A stretch of DNA of 64,000 bases from IMG/VR virus record IMGVR_UViG_3300032236_000862, positions 1 to 64,000 of that record; one strand, given 5' to 3'. Made by a program: the position numbers and the translations under genes. The notes under the pieces are model-generated. The model did no database searches, was not told the origin of the DNA, and worked only from the letters and a program-made list of their open reading frames with translations. Positions 1 to 9,084 of this stretch are shown piece by piece. Each line of letters begins with the position of its first letter. Position 1 is the stretch's first letter. Origin of the DNA: a virus.

Positions 1-1282
1 CCTTTTCAGCAGACTTTGCTGCAGATTTTGCTACGTCCTTTTCTAATACTTTAGCTTCCTTACCAAACATCTTTTCTATGGACTTCATAAGCAGCTTATT
101 ATTTACGGCATTTACGCCTCCACCCAAAAGACCGCCGCCAAGTTGTGAAAGAACACTTGCAGGTCCGCTTGCTTGTGGGAATGTCTCAAGTATTCCCTTA
201 AGCTTCATTAAGCCATGTGTAACACCTGGGAACTGTTCGGCCATCTTTGTAAGGCCTTCAGTAACGGCAGCAGAAGCGTTAGTTGCAGTATCGTATCCGG
301 CTACTAGTCCGCTTTGAGTAGCTCCAAGAAGTTTATTCTGAGCTGAGTTATTTCTAAAGTTAGCTGCAAAAGGATTGTCTTTGCCCATTCCACCCATAAT
401 ACCTAGGGTGGTATTAACATTGCTAAGATCTGATGCTGCTAAATTTGAACCCTTTTTAGCACGAAGAACCATAGCATCTTGCAACACTGACATGAGTTGC
501 TGATTGCCGCCTGCCAAAGCGCTTAAGCTTTGATAGCCGGTAGAGTTCTGGTTCATAAAGGTGCCCATAGCATCGCTGGCGTTCTTTACGTGCTTACCCA
601 AACGGTTATAGATAGCATTGATAATCGTTGTTGGGTTTTGCAAATCACCGTTAGCATCACGGATATCGCTACGCTTAATACCAGCACGAATCATATTCAT
701 ACCGTTAATGCCGGCAATAGCGCCAGCAGCTTGTTCGTTGCTCATTCCGGTCATGGCACTTAAGCCACCGACCTGACCCATAATTCTTTGAGAGGTTGCT
801 GTGTTGGCCGCATAACCTTGGGAGGCAAGGGCAGCTTGAGCCATAACTGGGCTCATAGCACTTGTGGCTCCGCCGCCTACCTGCTTGTTAGCCATAGCAA
901 TTGCTTGGTTAACACTCATGCCTGAGTAACCGGCATAGGTAGCTGCACCCATATACTGGGTGACAGCTGAGCCCACACTTGGTGCGGCCTGCATCAACGC
1001 AGCACCGCCTGTAACAACGCCCATACCTAACGCACTGGCTGCAGACTTAGCAAAAGATCCTAAGCCAAGTTTGCTACCGCCGCCGCCATTATCGTTAATG
1101 GAGTTGGCGACCTTCTTTGCGTCCTCGCCTGCTTTGCCCATGAGGGAAGCAATCTTTTCAGCAATAGTCTCTACTTTTTCAAATAGCTTTAGGAAAGAGT
1201 CTTCAAACTCCTCATATTGCTTTTCTTTAATAGCAAAGTCGCCAAGACCGCCCTCTTGATCTTCTGGGCTAAACAGGTTCAT
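1..1282 (-). CDS. Tape measure protein, N-terminal part (runs off the window)
   Basis: Hand-translated open frame from ATG 1282 (MNLFSPEDQEGG...) to the window edge; Ala/Gly/Met-rich and helical; directly after tube and chaperone genes. Confidence 0.8.
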   Translation of the reverse strand, partial: MNLFSPEDQEGGLGDFAIKEKQYEEFEDSFLKLFEKVETIAEKIASLMGKAGEDAKKVANSINDNGGGGSKLGLGSFAKSAASALGMGVVTGGAALMQAAPSVGSAVTQYMGAATYAGYSGMSVNQAIAMANKQVGGGATSAMSPVMAQAALASQGYAANTATSQRIMGQVGGLSAMTGMSNEQAAGAIAGINGMNMIRAGIKRSDIRDANGDLQNPTTIINAIYNRLGKHVKNASDAMGTFMNQNSTGYQSLSALAGGNQQLMSVLQDAMVLRAKKGSNLAASDLSNVNTTLGIMGGMGKDNPFAANFRNNSAQNKLLGATQSGLVAGYDTATNASAAVTEGLTKMAEQFPGVTHGLMKLKGILETFPQASGPASVLSQLGGGLLGGGVNAVNNKLLMKSIEKMFGKEAKVLEKDVAKSAAKSAEK

Positions 1283-1285
1283 ACA

Positions 1286-1426
1286 TCACCGCCTTATACG
1301 ATCAATAGCTTTATTTATCCAGTTTATTCGTTCCCTAAAAGAAAGGGTACGAATCTCGTTGTAAGTCCATCCTGGATATTGAAGCGATAAAGCTTCATAG
1401 ACATCCATGAGGGACTCATAGTCCAT
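1286..1426 (-). CDS. Small tail assembly protein (chaperone second ORF, gp51-like), 46 aa
   Basis: MDYESLMDVYEALSLQYPGWTYNEIRTLSFRERINWINKAIDRIRR; GW..EI..L...ER pattern; fills the gap between chaperone and tape measure. Confidence 0.7.
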   Translation of the reverse strand: MDYESLMDVYEALSLQYPGWTYNEIRTLSFRERINWINKAIDRIRR

Positions 1427-1427
1427 T

Positions 1428-2252
1428 TCACCGAAAGATATCCGCCAGGGTTAGTGGCAGCTTTACCTCCTGATTACAAGAGGTACATTCCTTAGTTAGT
1501 TTGTCGAGTTGTGGGCCTGGGTTGCGGTCTGATATCTGTTCTAAAATCTCTCTACGATCTTTTAGGCTAAGGTTCCTTACCTCATCTGTGGTAAGTACCG
1601 GCCTGCCATTAATAGAGATAATGCAATGCTTGAGGAGAATTGTATCCAACTCAGCACTAGTTTTTGTGGCTGAAGCCACAATGGCTTTTTGAGCAGAACC
1701 CTTAGGCAATGAGATAACTACTTCTCCGGCCTTACAAGTCATGCTGAATTCCAAAGGACTTTCAAGCTTCTTTAAAGGAACGTCTTGCTCGAGATCAACT
1801 TCAAAAACCTGCTCTTCACCACACTTTGGGCATGCGCCTGGCCCAAGCTTGATTACAGAACCGAAGGTCTTATTTCTAATCTCTAAAAGAATAAGCTCCC
1901 TATCAGCAGCGTAGAGCTGATCTAGCAAGCCAGGGGTGGCCGCTTCGTCACCGATCTTTACGGTAGCTCGTTCTAAAATTTCCATAAGAGACTTTCCAGG
2001 ATCTGAGATCCTAGCTAAAGCCTCTTCATCTGCCCCATTAAGTTCTCTAACCTCAACGGAGTCTATAGTCATTCCGGTGAACGGGTCTACTATTCCAATC
2101 ATGAGGTTAACTTTTGGGTTAGGAGGAGGGGCCATCTTAGTAGACGGCCTCTTCTCCTCAACCTGTTCCGATTGATTTAAAGCCTCCTGAACTAGCCTGT
2201 TAGCTAGCTCAGGATTGGCTTCCGCATTTATAGTCTTTGTATCTGTAGCCAT
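1428..2252 (-). CDS. Tail assembly chaperone / T4 gp26-like hub assembly protein
   Basis: VRELNGADEE, DRELILLEIR, two CxxC; located between tube and tape measure. Confidence 0.7.
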   Translation of the reverse strand: MATDTKTINAEANPELANRLVQEALNQSEQVEEKRPSTKMAPPPNPKVNLMIGIVDPFTGMTIDSVEVRELNGADEEALARISDPGKSLMEILERATVKIGDEAATPGLLDQLYAADRELILLEIRNKTFGSVIKLGPGACPKCGEEQVFEVDLEQDVPLKKLESPLEFSMTCKAGEVVISLPKGSAQKAIVASATKTSAELDTILLKHCIISINGRPVLTTDEVRNLSLKDRREILEQISDRNPGPQLDKLTKECTSCNQEVKLPLTLADIFR

Positions 2253-2277
2253 TTTGTTTACCCTTTAGTTAGATTGT

Positions 2278-2910
2278 TTAGCGAGTGATTGCTGGAGCTG
2301 TGGTTGCCAAGCTTGGAGCATAAGATACTTCAAAGCCTTCATGAACCAAAGTCATCTCTTCCACCATAAGTGTGTTAGAGCCTGCATCAAGGTTGCTGTA
2401 AGCAAGTGATGTAATCCAGGCATTGTATACCTTGAAACGAAGTGAAGTGTGCTGGGTTGAGTCGCCAAGACCAGCTTGAGTTCCACCCTGGCCTGTTGAG
2501 GCTCCTACGTTAGGGTGTGATAGGACCTGAATGTCCAAATCAACACGGAACTCAGAACCAACATCGTTTGTTCCAGCTGCAAGGGTTGGGGTCAAGACTG
2601 AGAACAGACGTGACATCCAATCCCAGCTACCTGACTGACCGATCATTGAACCACGGGTAAGCGTGATTGGGGTAAATGCGGTCTGACCAGGAATCTGGTG
2701 AACGTTGGTGTTGAAGCCACCTTCACGGTATGCGATTGTTTCTGTGGCGATGCTTAGACCGGAAACAGAGACAAATCCCATAGTTCCAAAGATTCCGCCA
2801 CTTGATGAGCTTAGCTTGCCAGACTTATCGCCTGGTGAGCTAAATGTCACAAGAAACTTAAAATTACGGATTGGATCTGTCTGAACCGTAGATAGTGAGT
2901 ATGTTGCCAT
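2278..2910 (-). CDS. Tail tube protein (T4 gp19-like)
   Basis: DPIRNFKFLV, YREGG, PITLTRG, VYNAW, VEEMTLVHEG motifs; follows the sheath. Confidence 0.9.
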   Translation of the reverse strand: MATYSLSTVQTDPIRNFKFLVTFSSPGDKSGKLSSSSGGIFGTMGFVSVSGLSIATETIAYREGGFNTNVHQIPGQTAFTPITLTRGSMIGQSGSWDWMSRLFSVLTPTLAAGTNDVGSEFRVDLDIQVLSHPNVGASTGQGGTQAGLGDSTQHTSLRFKVYNAWITSLAYSNLDAGSNTLMVEEMTLVHEGFEVSYAPSLATTAPAITR

Positions 2911-2924
2911 TTTCTATATTCTCC

Positions 2925-4685
2925 TTACGCTGTTGCGCTTCCGGTTAGTTGTGACAACTTGACCACAACAAACTCTGCTGGATATTCGAGTGCAACGCCT
3001 ACTTCAATATTCACATATCCATTTGAAATGGATGAGAATGGGTTGATAGTAGAGTCACAGATTACATAGTAAGCCTGCGAGGAATTTGTTCCACGCAAAC
3101 CACCTTGCTGCCAATAAGTAAGCAAGAAGCCACCGATAGCAGACTTGAGCTGAGTCCAAAGATTAGCATCGTTGTTCTCGAAGACGGCAAACTGTGAAAG
3201 CTGTGCGATCTGCTTTTCGATGTAAATCAATGAGCGGCGTAGGTTGATATAGCGGTTGCCTGGGTTATTAGTAAGAGTACGACCACCCATAATAACAATA
3301 CCTGCACCTGGGACGTTGCGGATAGTGTTGACAGGGTTGATAGATGAGTTGAGGCTGTTCAGGTCAGCATTTGTAAACTGGTACTCTGTAGAGAGTGCGT
3401 TTGCAAGCTGGTTCTGAAGACCTGCTGGAGTCTTCTGAGGTCCACGAAGGATATCGGTTGCAATGTATTGTCCTACAACCATTCCGCCTGGAGCCTGTAG
3501 AGAAGTAGTTCCCTGAGACTTAGTTGCATCTGGGACGTAAACCCATGGCCAGTATGCGGCTGCAAGGTTTCCGTAGTTACCGCCAATGTCAGCAACAGTG
3601 TTAACAATCTGGTTCTGAGCAGCTGTAGCTGAACCAAGTCCAGATGGAGTATCAACGACTGCAAATGCATCTGTGCGTGTAGATGCATAGCTGATTGCAT
3701 CAGCGTGCATTTGAGCAGCAGTTGCTGCTGTGCTTGCATATGAAGCATCTGGAGCATAAAGAACCAAAGAGCTTCCTACGCTGTCAAAGTTAGTCCATGC
3801 TGTCTTGTAAGCAGCGGTGTTAGGTGTTGAACCGTCTGTGCCGCCTGCAAGAGTAACTGCTGCGCCACCTGTGTATGGGAACTTAGCATTGTTAATGTTT
3901 GATACTACACCCAAGGTAGTAGAAGTAGCATTGACAATTGAAGCAATATAGTTAGGGTCTGAAGCATTCATGCTGAGATCAGTAAACTGCTCTACAACAG
4001 CGGTGCTTGTGTTTCCGTTAACTGTTACATTCTGAGTTACAGTGATACCAAAACGGGTTGAAGTTCCGCCAGGAACAATCTGAACCTGGTAGTTCTGTGA
4101 CCATGCGCCTGCATTATCAGCAGATAAAGTAAAGCAAACGCCTGGAGTTACAGTAGCTGTGGCAGAAGCGCCGGTTACTGCTGTACCTGTTGCAGCGTTT
4201 GTAACTGTGAAGCTAGTGGTTGTTGGAACTGTTCCAATTAGCACACCGCTCAAGTTAAACGCAGTGGTGCTAAGACCAGTGATGCTTACAGTCTGTCCCA
4301 CAGAGAATCCGTGAGCAGCTGAGGTTGTGTAGGATACTACGCCGCCTGAAGCAGATGCCGCAGTAACGGTTGCTGTAAGGGTTGTAGATCCGTCAGTAAA
4401 CGATGCAGAACCGGTTGTTGCGCCTGTTCCTAGAACACGGTTTACATAAAGGTTACGGCCACCATTTGAGAAGTAGTGATACGCAGCCCATGTTGTTGGG
4501 TAGGAGTTGTTTAATCCACCATAAATATTTTGGAAGTCACGCCAGGTTCCACAAAGTGTTGGAACAACTGGACCCTGTGGTAGGGTACCTGAGAAAGCAC
4601 CACACGCAGCACTGAAGTCTGTTGGTGTGATAGCTTGCTGTAATGCGACTTCTTGGATATACACTCCGGGACGTTGGTATGTCAT
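2925..4685 (-). CDS. Contractile tail sheath protein with an inserted beta domain
   Basis: RPGVYIQE start, YFSNGG, AAYWPW, YINLRR, FENND, PAEFVV. Confidence 0.95.
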   Translation of the reverse strand: MTYQRPGVYIQEVALQQAITPTDFSAACGAFSGTLPQGPVVPTLCGTWRDFQNIYGGLNNSYPTTWAAYHYFSNGGRNLYVNRVLGTGATTGSASFTDGSTTLTATVTAASASGGVVSYTTSAAHGFSVGQTVSITGLSTTAFNLSGVLIGTVPTTTSFTVTNAATGTAVTGASATATVTPGVCFTLSADNAGAWSQNYQVQIVPGGTSTRFGITVTQNVTVNGNTSTAVVEQFTDLSMNASDPNYIASIVNATSTTLGVVSNINNAKFPYTGGAAVTLAGGTDGSTPNTAAYKTAWTNFDSVGSSLVLYAPDASYASTAATAAQMHADAISYASTRTDAFAVVDTPSGLGSATAAQNQIVNTVADIGGNYGNLAAAYWPWVYVPDATKSQGTTSLQAPGGMVVGQYIATDILRGPQKTPAGLQNQLANALSTEYQFTNADLNSLNSSINPVNTIRNVPGAGIVIMGGRTLTNNPGNRYINLRRSLIYIEKQIAQLSQFAVFENNDANLWTQLKSAIGGFLLTYWQQGGLRGTNSSQAYYVICDSTINPFSSISNGYVNIEVGVALEYPAEFVVVKLSQLTGSATA

Positions 4686-4747
4686 TTGAGGTTTCTCCTT
4701 AAGAGATTAGGTTGTTAGAAAGGGTTAGGAATAGTAGGCTGGGTAGT

Positions 4748-5347
4748 TTACGAGGTAAAGGTTGATGTCTGAGTTGTGAACGTGATGTGTGGGTTGTGTA
4801 GTACTTCGTACATTTGGTCTAGCGAATTCTCAAAGATCTCTGCGCTAATGCGAAGATTAAAGACGTTACTAAACAGGCGCTTATCCTGCTCAGTGCTATC
4901 TCTCTTTGAGAACCCTAATACATCAAGACGACGAACAGTGTTGTCTTGAGGTACGTGTAGCTGGCCAAATCTAAGGGGTAGTCTACCAAAGGAAAGCAAA
5001 GATGCGATGATCTGGCGATCATGGCGGGGCTGACGAGCCCAGGTGCTTACCTGGTAGATGAGGTCTACTGGGATAGGGTATCCAGTATTGTATTGAGTGT
5101 TTGGGTCTAGGGTAACCCCAGTATCAGGCAGATAGCTGATTGGGATGTAACCACGGTGGGCACGAGAAGTATCTTCTCTGATCCCTACAAGATCCACAGT
5201 GATATATGGGTAAGACTGCTGACGGAGTTCCTTATCAGGTTGTCCATAGTAAACAGCTACAGGGCGTGAGCTATTGCCGCCATCTGAAACGGTAATCCCA
5301 GACAGTAGGCTCTTTAGAGCAGCGTCTTCATTTAAAATAAAAGGCAT
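4748..5347 (-). CDS. Tail completion/terminator-like protein
   Basis: Immediately upstream of the sheath; YPYITV and PVDLIYQV motifs. Confidence 0.6.
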   Translation of the reverse strand: MPFILNEDAALKSLLSGITVSDGGNSSRPVAVYYGQPDKELRQQSYPYITVDLVGIREDTSRAHRGYIPISYLPDTGVTLDPNTQYNTGYPIPVDLIYQVSTWARQPRHDRQIIASLLSFGRLPLRFGQLHVPQDNTVRRLDVLGFSKRDSTEQDKRLFSNVFNLRISAEIFENSLDQMYEVLHNPHITFTTQTSTFTS

Positions 5348-5348
5348 C

Positions 5349-5615
5349 TTAGCTCCCCATCATAAAAGTGCGCATGGCAGGATTTGGGGGAGTATCTTGA
5401 GTTCCATACTCCAGAGTAAGGATCTGATCCTCTAGGTGCTCTGGGTAGGTAATCTTATGTTGCTTACCGTCATGCTTGAGAGAAACCTGGGAGACGATGT
5501 GCGAAGGCCAACCATAGTCAGACAGATGGCTGCGAAGTTTATTGGTGTAAGCAGGAGTAACTGATTTCTCCACACGCCTAATTGAGTCTTTAAAGATAGA
5601 TGAGAATTTAGCCAC
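5349..5615 (-). CDS. Putative neck/tail protein
   Basis: LEYGT..PP.P..R motif reminiscent of HK97 gp10-like proteins; position. Confidence 0.45.
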   Translation of the reverse strand: MAKFSSIFKDSIRRVEKSVTPAYTNKLRSHLSDYGWPSHIVSQVSLKHDGKQHKITYPEHLEDQILTLEYGTQDTPPNPAMRTFMMGS

Positions 5616-5772
5616 GATTGCTGAGTACCTTCGAAAGCAAGTAGCCTACCGCAACAGATGAGAGAACCTTTTTGGTTCCTGATCCCGGCAATAGTCCCGA
5701 TGCTCCACGAATGAACTCAATCTTATCGGCGTCTGTCTCTTGTTCGAGCAGGCGCTTAGCAAGGTAAATCAT
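5608..5772 (-). CDS. Hypothetical protein, 54 aa
   Basis: MIYLAKRLLEQETDADKIEFIRG...; GGAGG RBS; stop overlaps the next start. Confidence 0.6.
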   Translation of the reverse strand: MIYLAKRLLEQETDADKIEFIRGASGLLPGSGTKKVLSSVAVGYLLSKVLSNRG

Positions 5773-5847
5773 CAGATCCTCCTAAAGAGGCGTAGGGGTA
5801 CTTCTGCAGGGTTCCAGATCTCTCTGGCGTCAAGGCAATAATAAAGG

Positions 5848-5870
5848 AAAAAGCCCCCTCGTGGGGGGCT
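5848..5870 (-). terminator. Rho-independent terminator
   Basis: AGCCCCC-CACGA-GGGGGCT followed by a T tract on the minus strand. Confidence 0.75.
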
Positions 5871-5876
5871 AAATCT

Positions 5877-6056
5877 TTACTTCTTTTTCTTAACCTTCTT
5901 GGCCAAGGCCTTATCCATCTTTTCATCTTCTTTGCGAGAAGGCTTCTTCTTGTCCATCTTCTTGTCCGCAGCCTCGAACTTCTTCTTCTGAGCTGGGGTC
6001 ATGCCCTTTTCAAGCTTCTTGTCCTGCTCTTTATCGGACATCTTCTTTTTAGACAT
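5877..6056 (-). CDS. Lys-rich small protein, 59 aa
   Basis: MSKKKMSDKEQDKKLEKG...KKVKKKK; TAATG coupling with the upstream gene. Confidence 0.7.
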   Translation of the reverse strand: MSKKKMSDKEQDKKLEKGMTPAQKKKFEAADKKMDKKKPSRKEDEKMDKALAKKVKKKK

Positions 6057-6145
6057 TACTTGCCTTTCTTAGGTGTTGACTTGGTCTTCTTGCAAGCGCC
6101 CTTGCAGGCAGGCTTTGAACAGCCGCATCCACATGCTTTACACAT
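6056..6145 (-). CDS. Cys/Lys-rich mini-protein, 29 aa (metallothionein-like)
   Basis: MCKACGCGCSKPACKGACKKTKSTPKKGK; tightly packed between its neighbours. Confidence 0.6.
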   Translation of the reverse strand: MCKACGCGCSKPACKGACKKTKSTPKKGK

Positions 6146-6147
6146 AT

Positions 6148-6339
6148 CTACTTACCCTTCTTGTGAGCCTTGTGCCACTGACGGCCAGCGGCAATACCAT
6201 CTTTCACAGTCTTAATCTTAGCATCTTTTTTGGTCAAGTCCATAGTAGGACCTCCACCATCTGGATGGCTTACTATAACGTCACCTTTTTTGTTCTTAAC
6301 AAATTTATGGGTTTTTCCGGCAATCTTTACTTTTGCCAT
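6148..6339 (-). CDS. Basic small protein, 63 aa
   Basis: ORF track; Lys-rich; coupled to neighbours. Confidence 0.7.
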   Translation of the reverse strand: MAKVKIAGKTHKFVKNKKGDVIVSHPDGGGPTMDLTKKDAKIKTVKDGIAAGRQWHKAHKKGK

Positions 6340-6506
6340 TATCCGACCTTCTTGAGCCTTGGGTTCTTCTTCTTGGCTCCCTTTGAAGCTCCTCGTGAAG
6401 ATGCTGCCAAAATTCGGTCTGCCGCCTTTTGGGAGACGCCTTCCTTCTTAGCAATCTTTGCAGAAGCTTTTTCAAAGCCGGGATGTTTCTTTGTACTTTT
6501 AGTCAT
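6339..6506 (-). CDS. Basic small protein, 55 aa
   Basis: MTKSTKKHPGFEKASAKIAKKEGVSQKAADRILAASSRGASKGAKKKNPRLKKVG; TAATG overlap. Confidence 0.7.
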   Translation of the reverse strand: MTKSTKKHPGFEKASAKIAKKEGVSQKAADRILAASSRGASKGAKKKNPRLKKVG

Positions 6507-6511
6507 GGTAA

Positions 6512-7015
6512 TTACCCTACGTTATAGATTGTTAAGTTAGCTGACGGGGAAGCTGGACGGGTTGGGTTTGTACCCGCTGCTGTAGCAAGAAGGGACATTC
6601 CTGATGCGCCAGACCACCAGTGAAATTGAATGTAGTCATTTGGCAGCACAGAAATAGGAGCTTCAATGTTTGCTAAAACCTGTGAGCCCTGCGCACTAGC
6701 TGTGGTAAAAGTAAAAGCAGAGGATGGAACTTGAACGCCGTTTTTAGAGAACCAAGTTGTGATGTGATAATCACTTGTACCGCCAGTGAAGTTAAACTGA
6801 CCTAAAAAGTTAAGGTTGTATGTTCCTGGGTTTGTAAAAACAACCTTACTTTTATCCGATGGGTTGAGGGTCATACCCCTGCTGATATTGGTTGTGTCCC
6901 AAGTAATAAGGTTATCTGTGGTGGTTCCTCCGCTAGCTTGATTTGTGCTTAAAGCAAAGTTGCCATAGTAAAGAATGGCTGCGGGAATTACAGGGGTGTT
7001 TAGACGGATGCTCAC
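6512..7015 (-). CDS. C1q/BclA-like beta-sandwich virion protein
   Basis: ITWDT, FTNPGTYNLNFLGQF, WFSKNG, NDYIQFHW pattern. Confidence 0.55.
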   Translation of the reverse strand: MSIRLNTPVIPAAILYYGNFALSTNQASGGTTTDNLITWDTTNISRGMTLNPSDKSKVVFTNPGTYNLNFLGQFNFTGGTSDYHITTWFSKNGVQVPSSAFTFTTASAQGSQVLANIEAPISVLPNDYIQFHWWSGASGMSLLATAAGTNPTRPASPSANLTIYNVG

Positions 7016-7317
7016 TTTAATACCGCCAGTACAGATACGCTGGATGAGGCAGATGAGATTGCGTAAATTAACTCATTAGGTGCTAGGTTGTCAATTGATA
7101 CAGAAGTTCCTGGCAGCAAAGTAAGGCCATAGGATGATGAGGTTACTGAAGAAGAACCTACATATACTGTAGCGACAAGATCTACATTTTGAATAACAAT
7201 GCTCATGTTATTCCATGTTGGGTAGTTTTCCCCGTTAACAGTTAGGGTCGGATCTGCCGGGGTAAGAGATACTGGAGTTGAGCTGTTTAAAGCTACAACG
7301 TTATGTGATAGTGCCAT
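7012..7317 (-). CDS. Small beta-rich virion protein
   Basis: IVIQN..VYVG...YGL.L.PG pattern; in the structural operon. Confidence 0.5.
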   Translation of the reverse strand: MALSHNVVALNSSTPVSLTPADPTLTVNGENYPTWNNMSIVIQNVDLVATVYVGSSSVTSSSYGLTLLPGTSVSIDNLAPNELIYAISSASSSVSVLAVLK

Positions 7318-7326
7318 GGTATTTCC

Positions 7327-7902
7327 TTAGTAGGTCGTAGGGTCAAAAGCAGAGTAGTTTGCATAGTGCTGGAACTGTGGATCGTTTACCAACTCTTCTG
7401 CGTTCACCTGCTCACAGATAACTCTAAGCAAGGTGTAGTTAGCCCCGATTATACCTTCAGGCAGCACCCTAGTAGGGGTAAATACTTCATTACGGAATAT
7501 GATGCGGTCACGTAGATAGAAGTCAGGGTTAAGCTCTACGTTGGCTAGCTCTGGCACATTGTTTGCGTTGGCGCCGTAGAAGTTCAGGCTATTCTCAATA
7601 ACGTCTACGTTAACAATAAGGGTAAGGCGGTCGGTGTTATAGAAACCACGGTCTGACTGTACGGTAACGCCCTGCTCTAGTTGGGCGCTTACTACAGGAA
7701 TAGTTAGTGGGTTCTTCCAGACACGTCCGCCGCTTACTGCACCTGTGTCATAGACCGGGTCCACCACGGTATTGGCAGAGTCAAAAAGCCACCAAGCTAC
7801 GCTAGTGCCTACAGTCTTCTGAAGCTCTACGGTGGTTCCGGACACGAAAGAGGCACGTTCGGACAGAACGCTAAATCTACCTTGCCTATTTTCTCCACGC
7901 AT
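7327..7902 (-). CDS. Head closure / neck protein
   Basis: DPVYD, DRGFY.TD, LRDRIIF motifs; position. Confidence 0.55.
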   Translation of the reverse strand: MRGENRQGRFSVLSERASFVSGTTVELQKTVGTSVAWWLFDSANTVVDPVYDTGAVSGGRVWKNPLTIPVVSAQLEQGVTVQSDRGFYNTDRLTLIVNVDVIENSLNFYGANANNVPELANVELNPDFYLRDRIIFRNEVFTPTRVLPEGIIGANYTLLRVICEQVNAEELVNDPQFQHYANYSAFDPTTY

Positions 7903-7931
7903 AGGAGTAGTCTACCTCTCGGTTAGGGGGA

Positions 7932-8921
7932 TCACCTATTAAACTCTTTAGGGATGTACCCCTCTTTAAATGGCCCGTACTTAAGGTTGATCTTTGTGTA
8001 CCTGCAGAACCGGTCAACCTTGGCCTTGTTAGCCGGGTTAGTTACGTACTTTACCCAGTTGTCCCTAATATTGTTGTAGTACTGCTCATTAGGAAGTATC
8101 TTAGGGTTGGCTCCACTTACCCTGTAGGTTGGGTGCAGTACTTGATCAAAGTCTGTATTATTTTGAAATAGATGAGATAAAGGAACGGTCATGTTTGGAA
8201 AGACTAAAGAAAAGCCAGCCTCTAGCAAACTCATGGTTTGAATGATCTCTTCTTCCCAGAAAATAGTGTCTATATCTAAGCCGGTATTACCAAAATAATG
8301 CTTGTTAGAGAAGACAAACTGAGCGTTAAACTTAACAGCAGGTACATATAGATCGTCTGACCTGTACATGTGCGAATCAGGACCGGCCAACGGTTCGTCT
8401 TTCCAAGCAGGAATTCCTGTATTTACCCATGTCCTAAACAACATGATGGGGTACTGGGCAAGCTTATCGTGCCTTAAAGGAACACGCTCACCGTTATCTA
8501 GATGTTTAAACCCAGGCAAATAAGCTGTCATAATTGTTTTTGGATTTTGAGTAGCTTCTAGGGCACCCTCGTACATCTTAATAAGCTTAGTATCCCAATT
8601 TCTTTCAAAGAGTGTATGGGAATCTACTTGAAGAATATAGTCTTCCCCGTCATACATAGATAGGGCTTGATCTCGACCAAAACCGATAGACGGTTCATAC
8701 TCCCCTACCTTAAACCTCTTAAACTTAACTTGGGAGAATTCAAGTAGCTTCTCAATCTTATCTTTATAGTAGAACTCATAGTCTACATTTGAATGGGCAG
8801 TCTCCATAAGAACAAGGCCTATAGTTAAGTCGTCTGGATTAGCGGCGCTTTGGATAGCCTCAAATACGGTAAAGGGAACCTGGTTATCATACATGGTTGG
8901 GATAGCAATATAAATAGACAT
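7932..8921 (-). CDS. Glycosyltransferase, GlcNAc-transferase (GT60/Gnt1-like) family
   Basis: SIYIAI start, YILQVDSH..F..WD, TAYLP, F.EEE motifs. Confidence 0.75.
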   Translation of the reverse strand: MSIYIAIPTMYDNQVPFTVFEAIQSAANPDDLTIGLVLMETAHSNVDYEFYYKDKIEKLLEFSQVKFKRFKVGEYEPSIGFGRDQALSMYDGEDYILQVDSHTLFERNWDTKLIKMYEGALEATQNPKTIMTAYLPGFKHLDNGERVPLRHDKLAQYPIMLFRTWVNTGIPAWKDEPLAGPDSHMYRSDDLYVPAVKFNAQFVFSNKHYFGNTGLDIDTIFWEEEIIQTMSLLEAGFSLVFPNMTVPLSHLFQNNTDFDQVLHPTYRVSGANPKILPNEQYYNNIRDNWVKYVTNPANKAKVDRFCRYTKINLKYGPFKEGYIPKEFNR

Positions 8922-8922
8922 A

Positions 8923-9084
8923 TTAATCCTCTAGGTCTACAAAGGTTGGGTTATTTAAAAACAGGGATGCCAATCTAGCACTGTTTACTGCGAAGACTTC
9001 TACAATCTCTCCGTCTATTACTATACCTAGACGTATAGACCTTACCTCAGCAACTGGCTCGGCTTCCTTTTTCTTTTTAAACAT
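8923..9084 (-). CDS. Small protein, 53 aa (paralog of 16210-16452)
   Basis: MFKKKKEAEPVAEVRSIRLGIVIDGEIVEVFAVNSARLASLFLNNPTFVDLED. Confidence 0.7.
   Translation of the reverse strand: MFKKKKEAEPVAEVRSIRLGIVIDGEIVEVFAVNSARLASLFLNNPTFVDLED

Noticed and set aside
78-1259. Plus-strand ORFs here and similar antisense ORFs elsewhere (e.g. 6073-6540, 37716-38936, 60527-60997)
   Set aside because: Shadows of well-supported opposite-strand genes; no RBS or motifs
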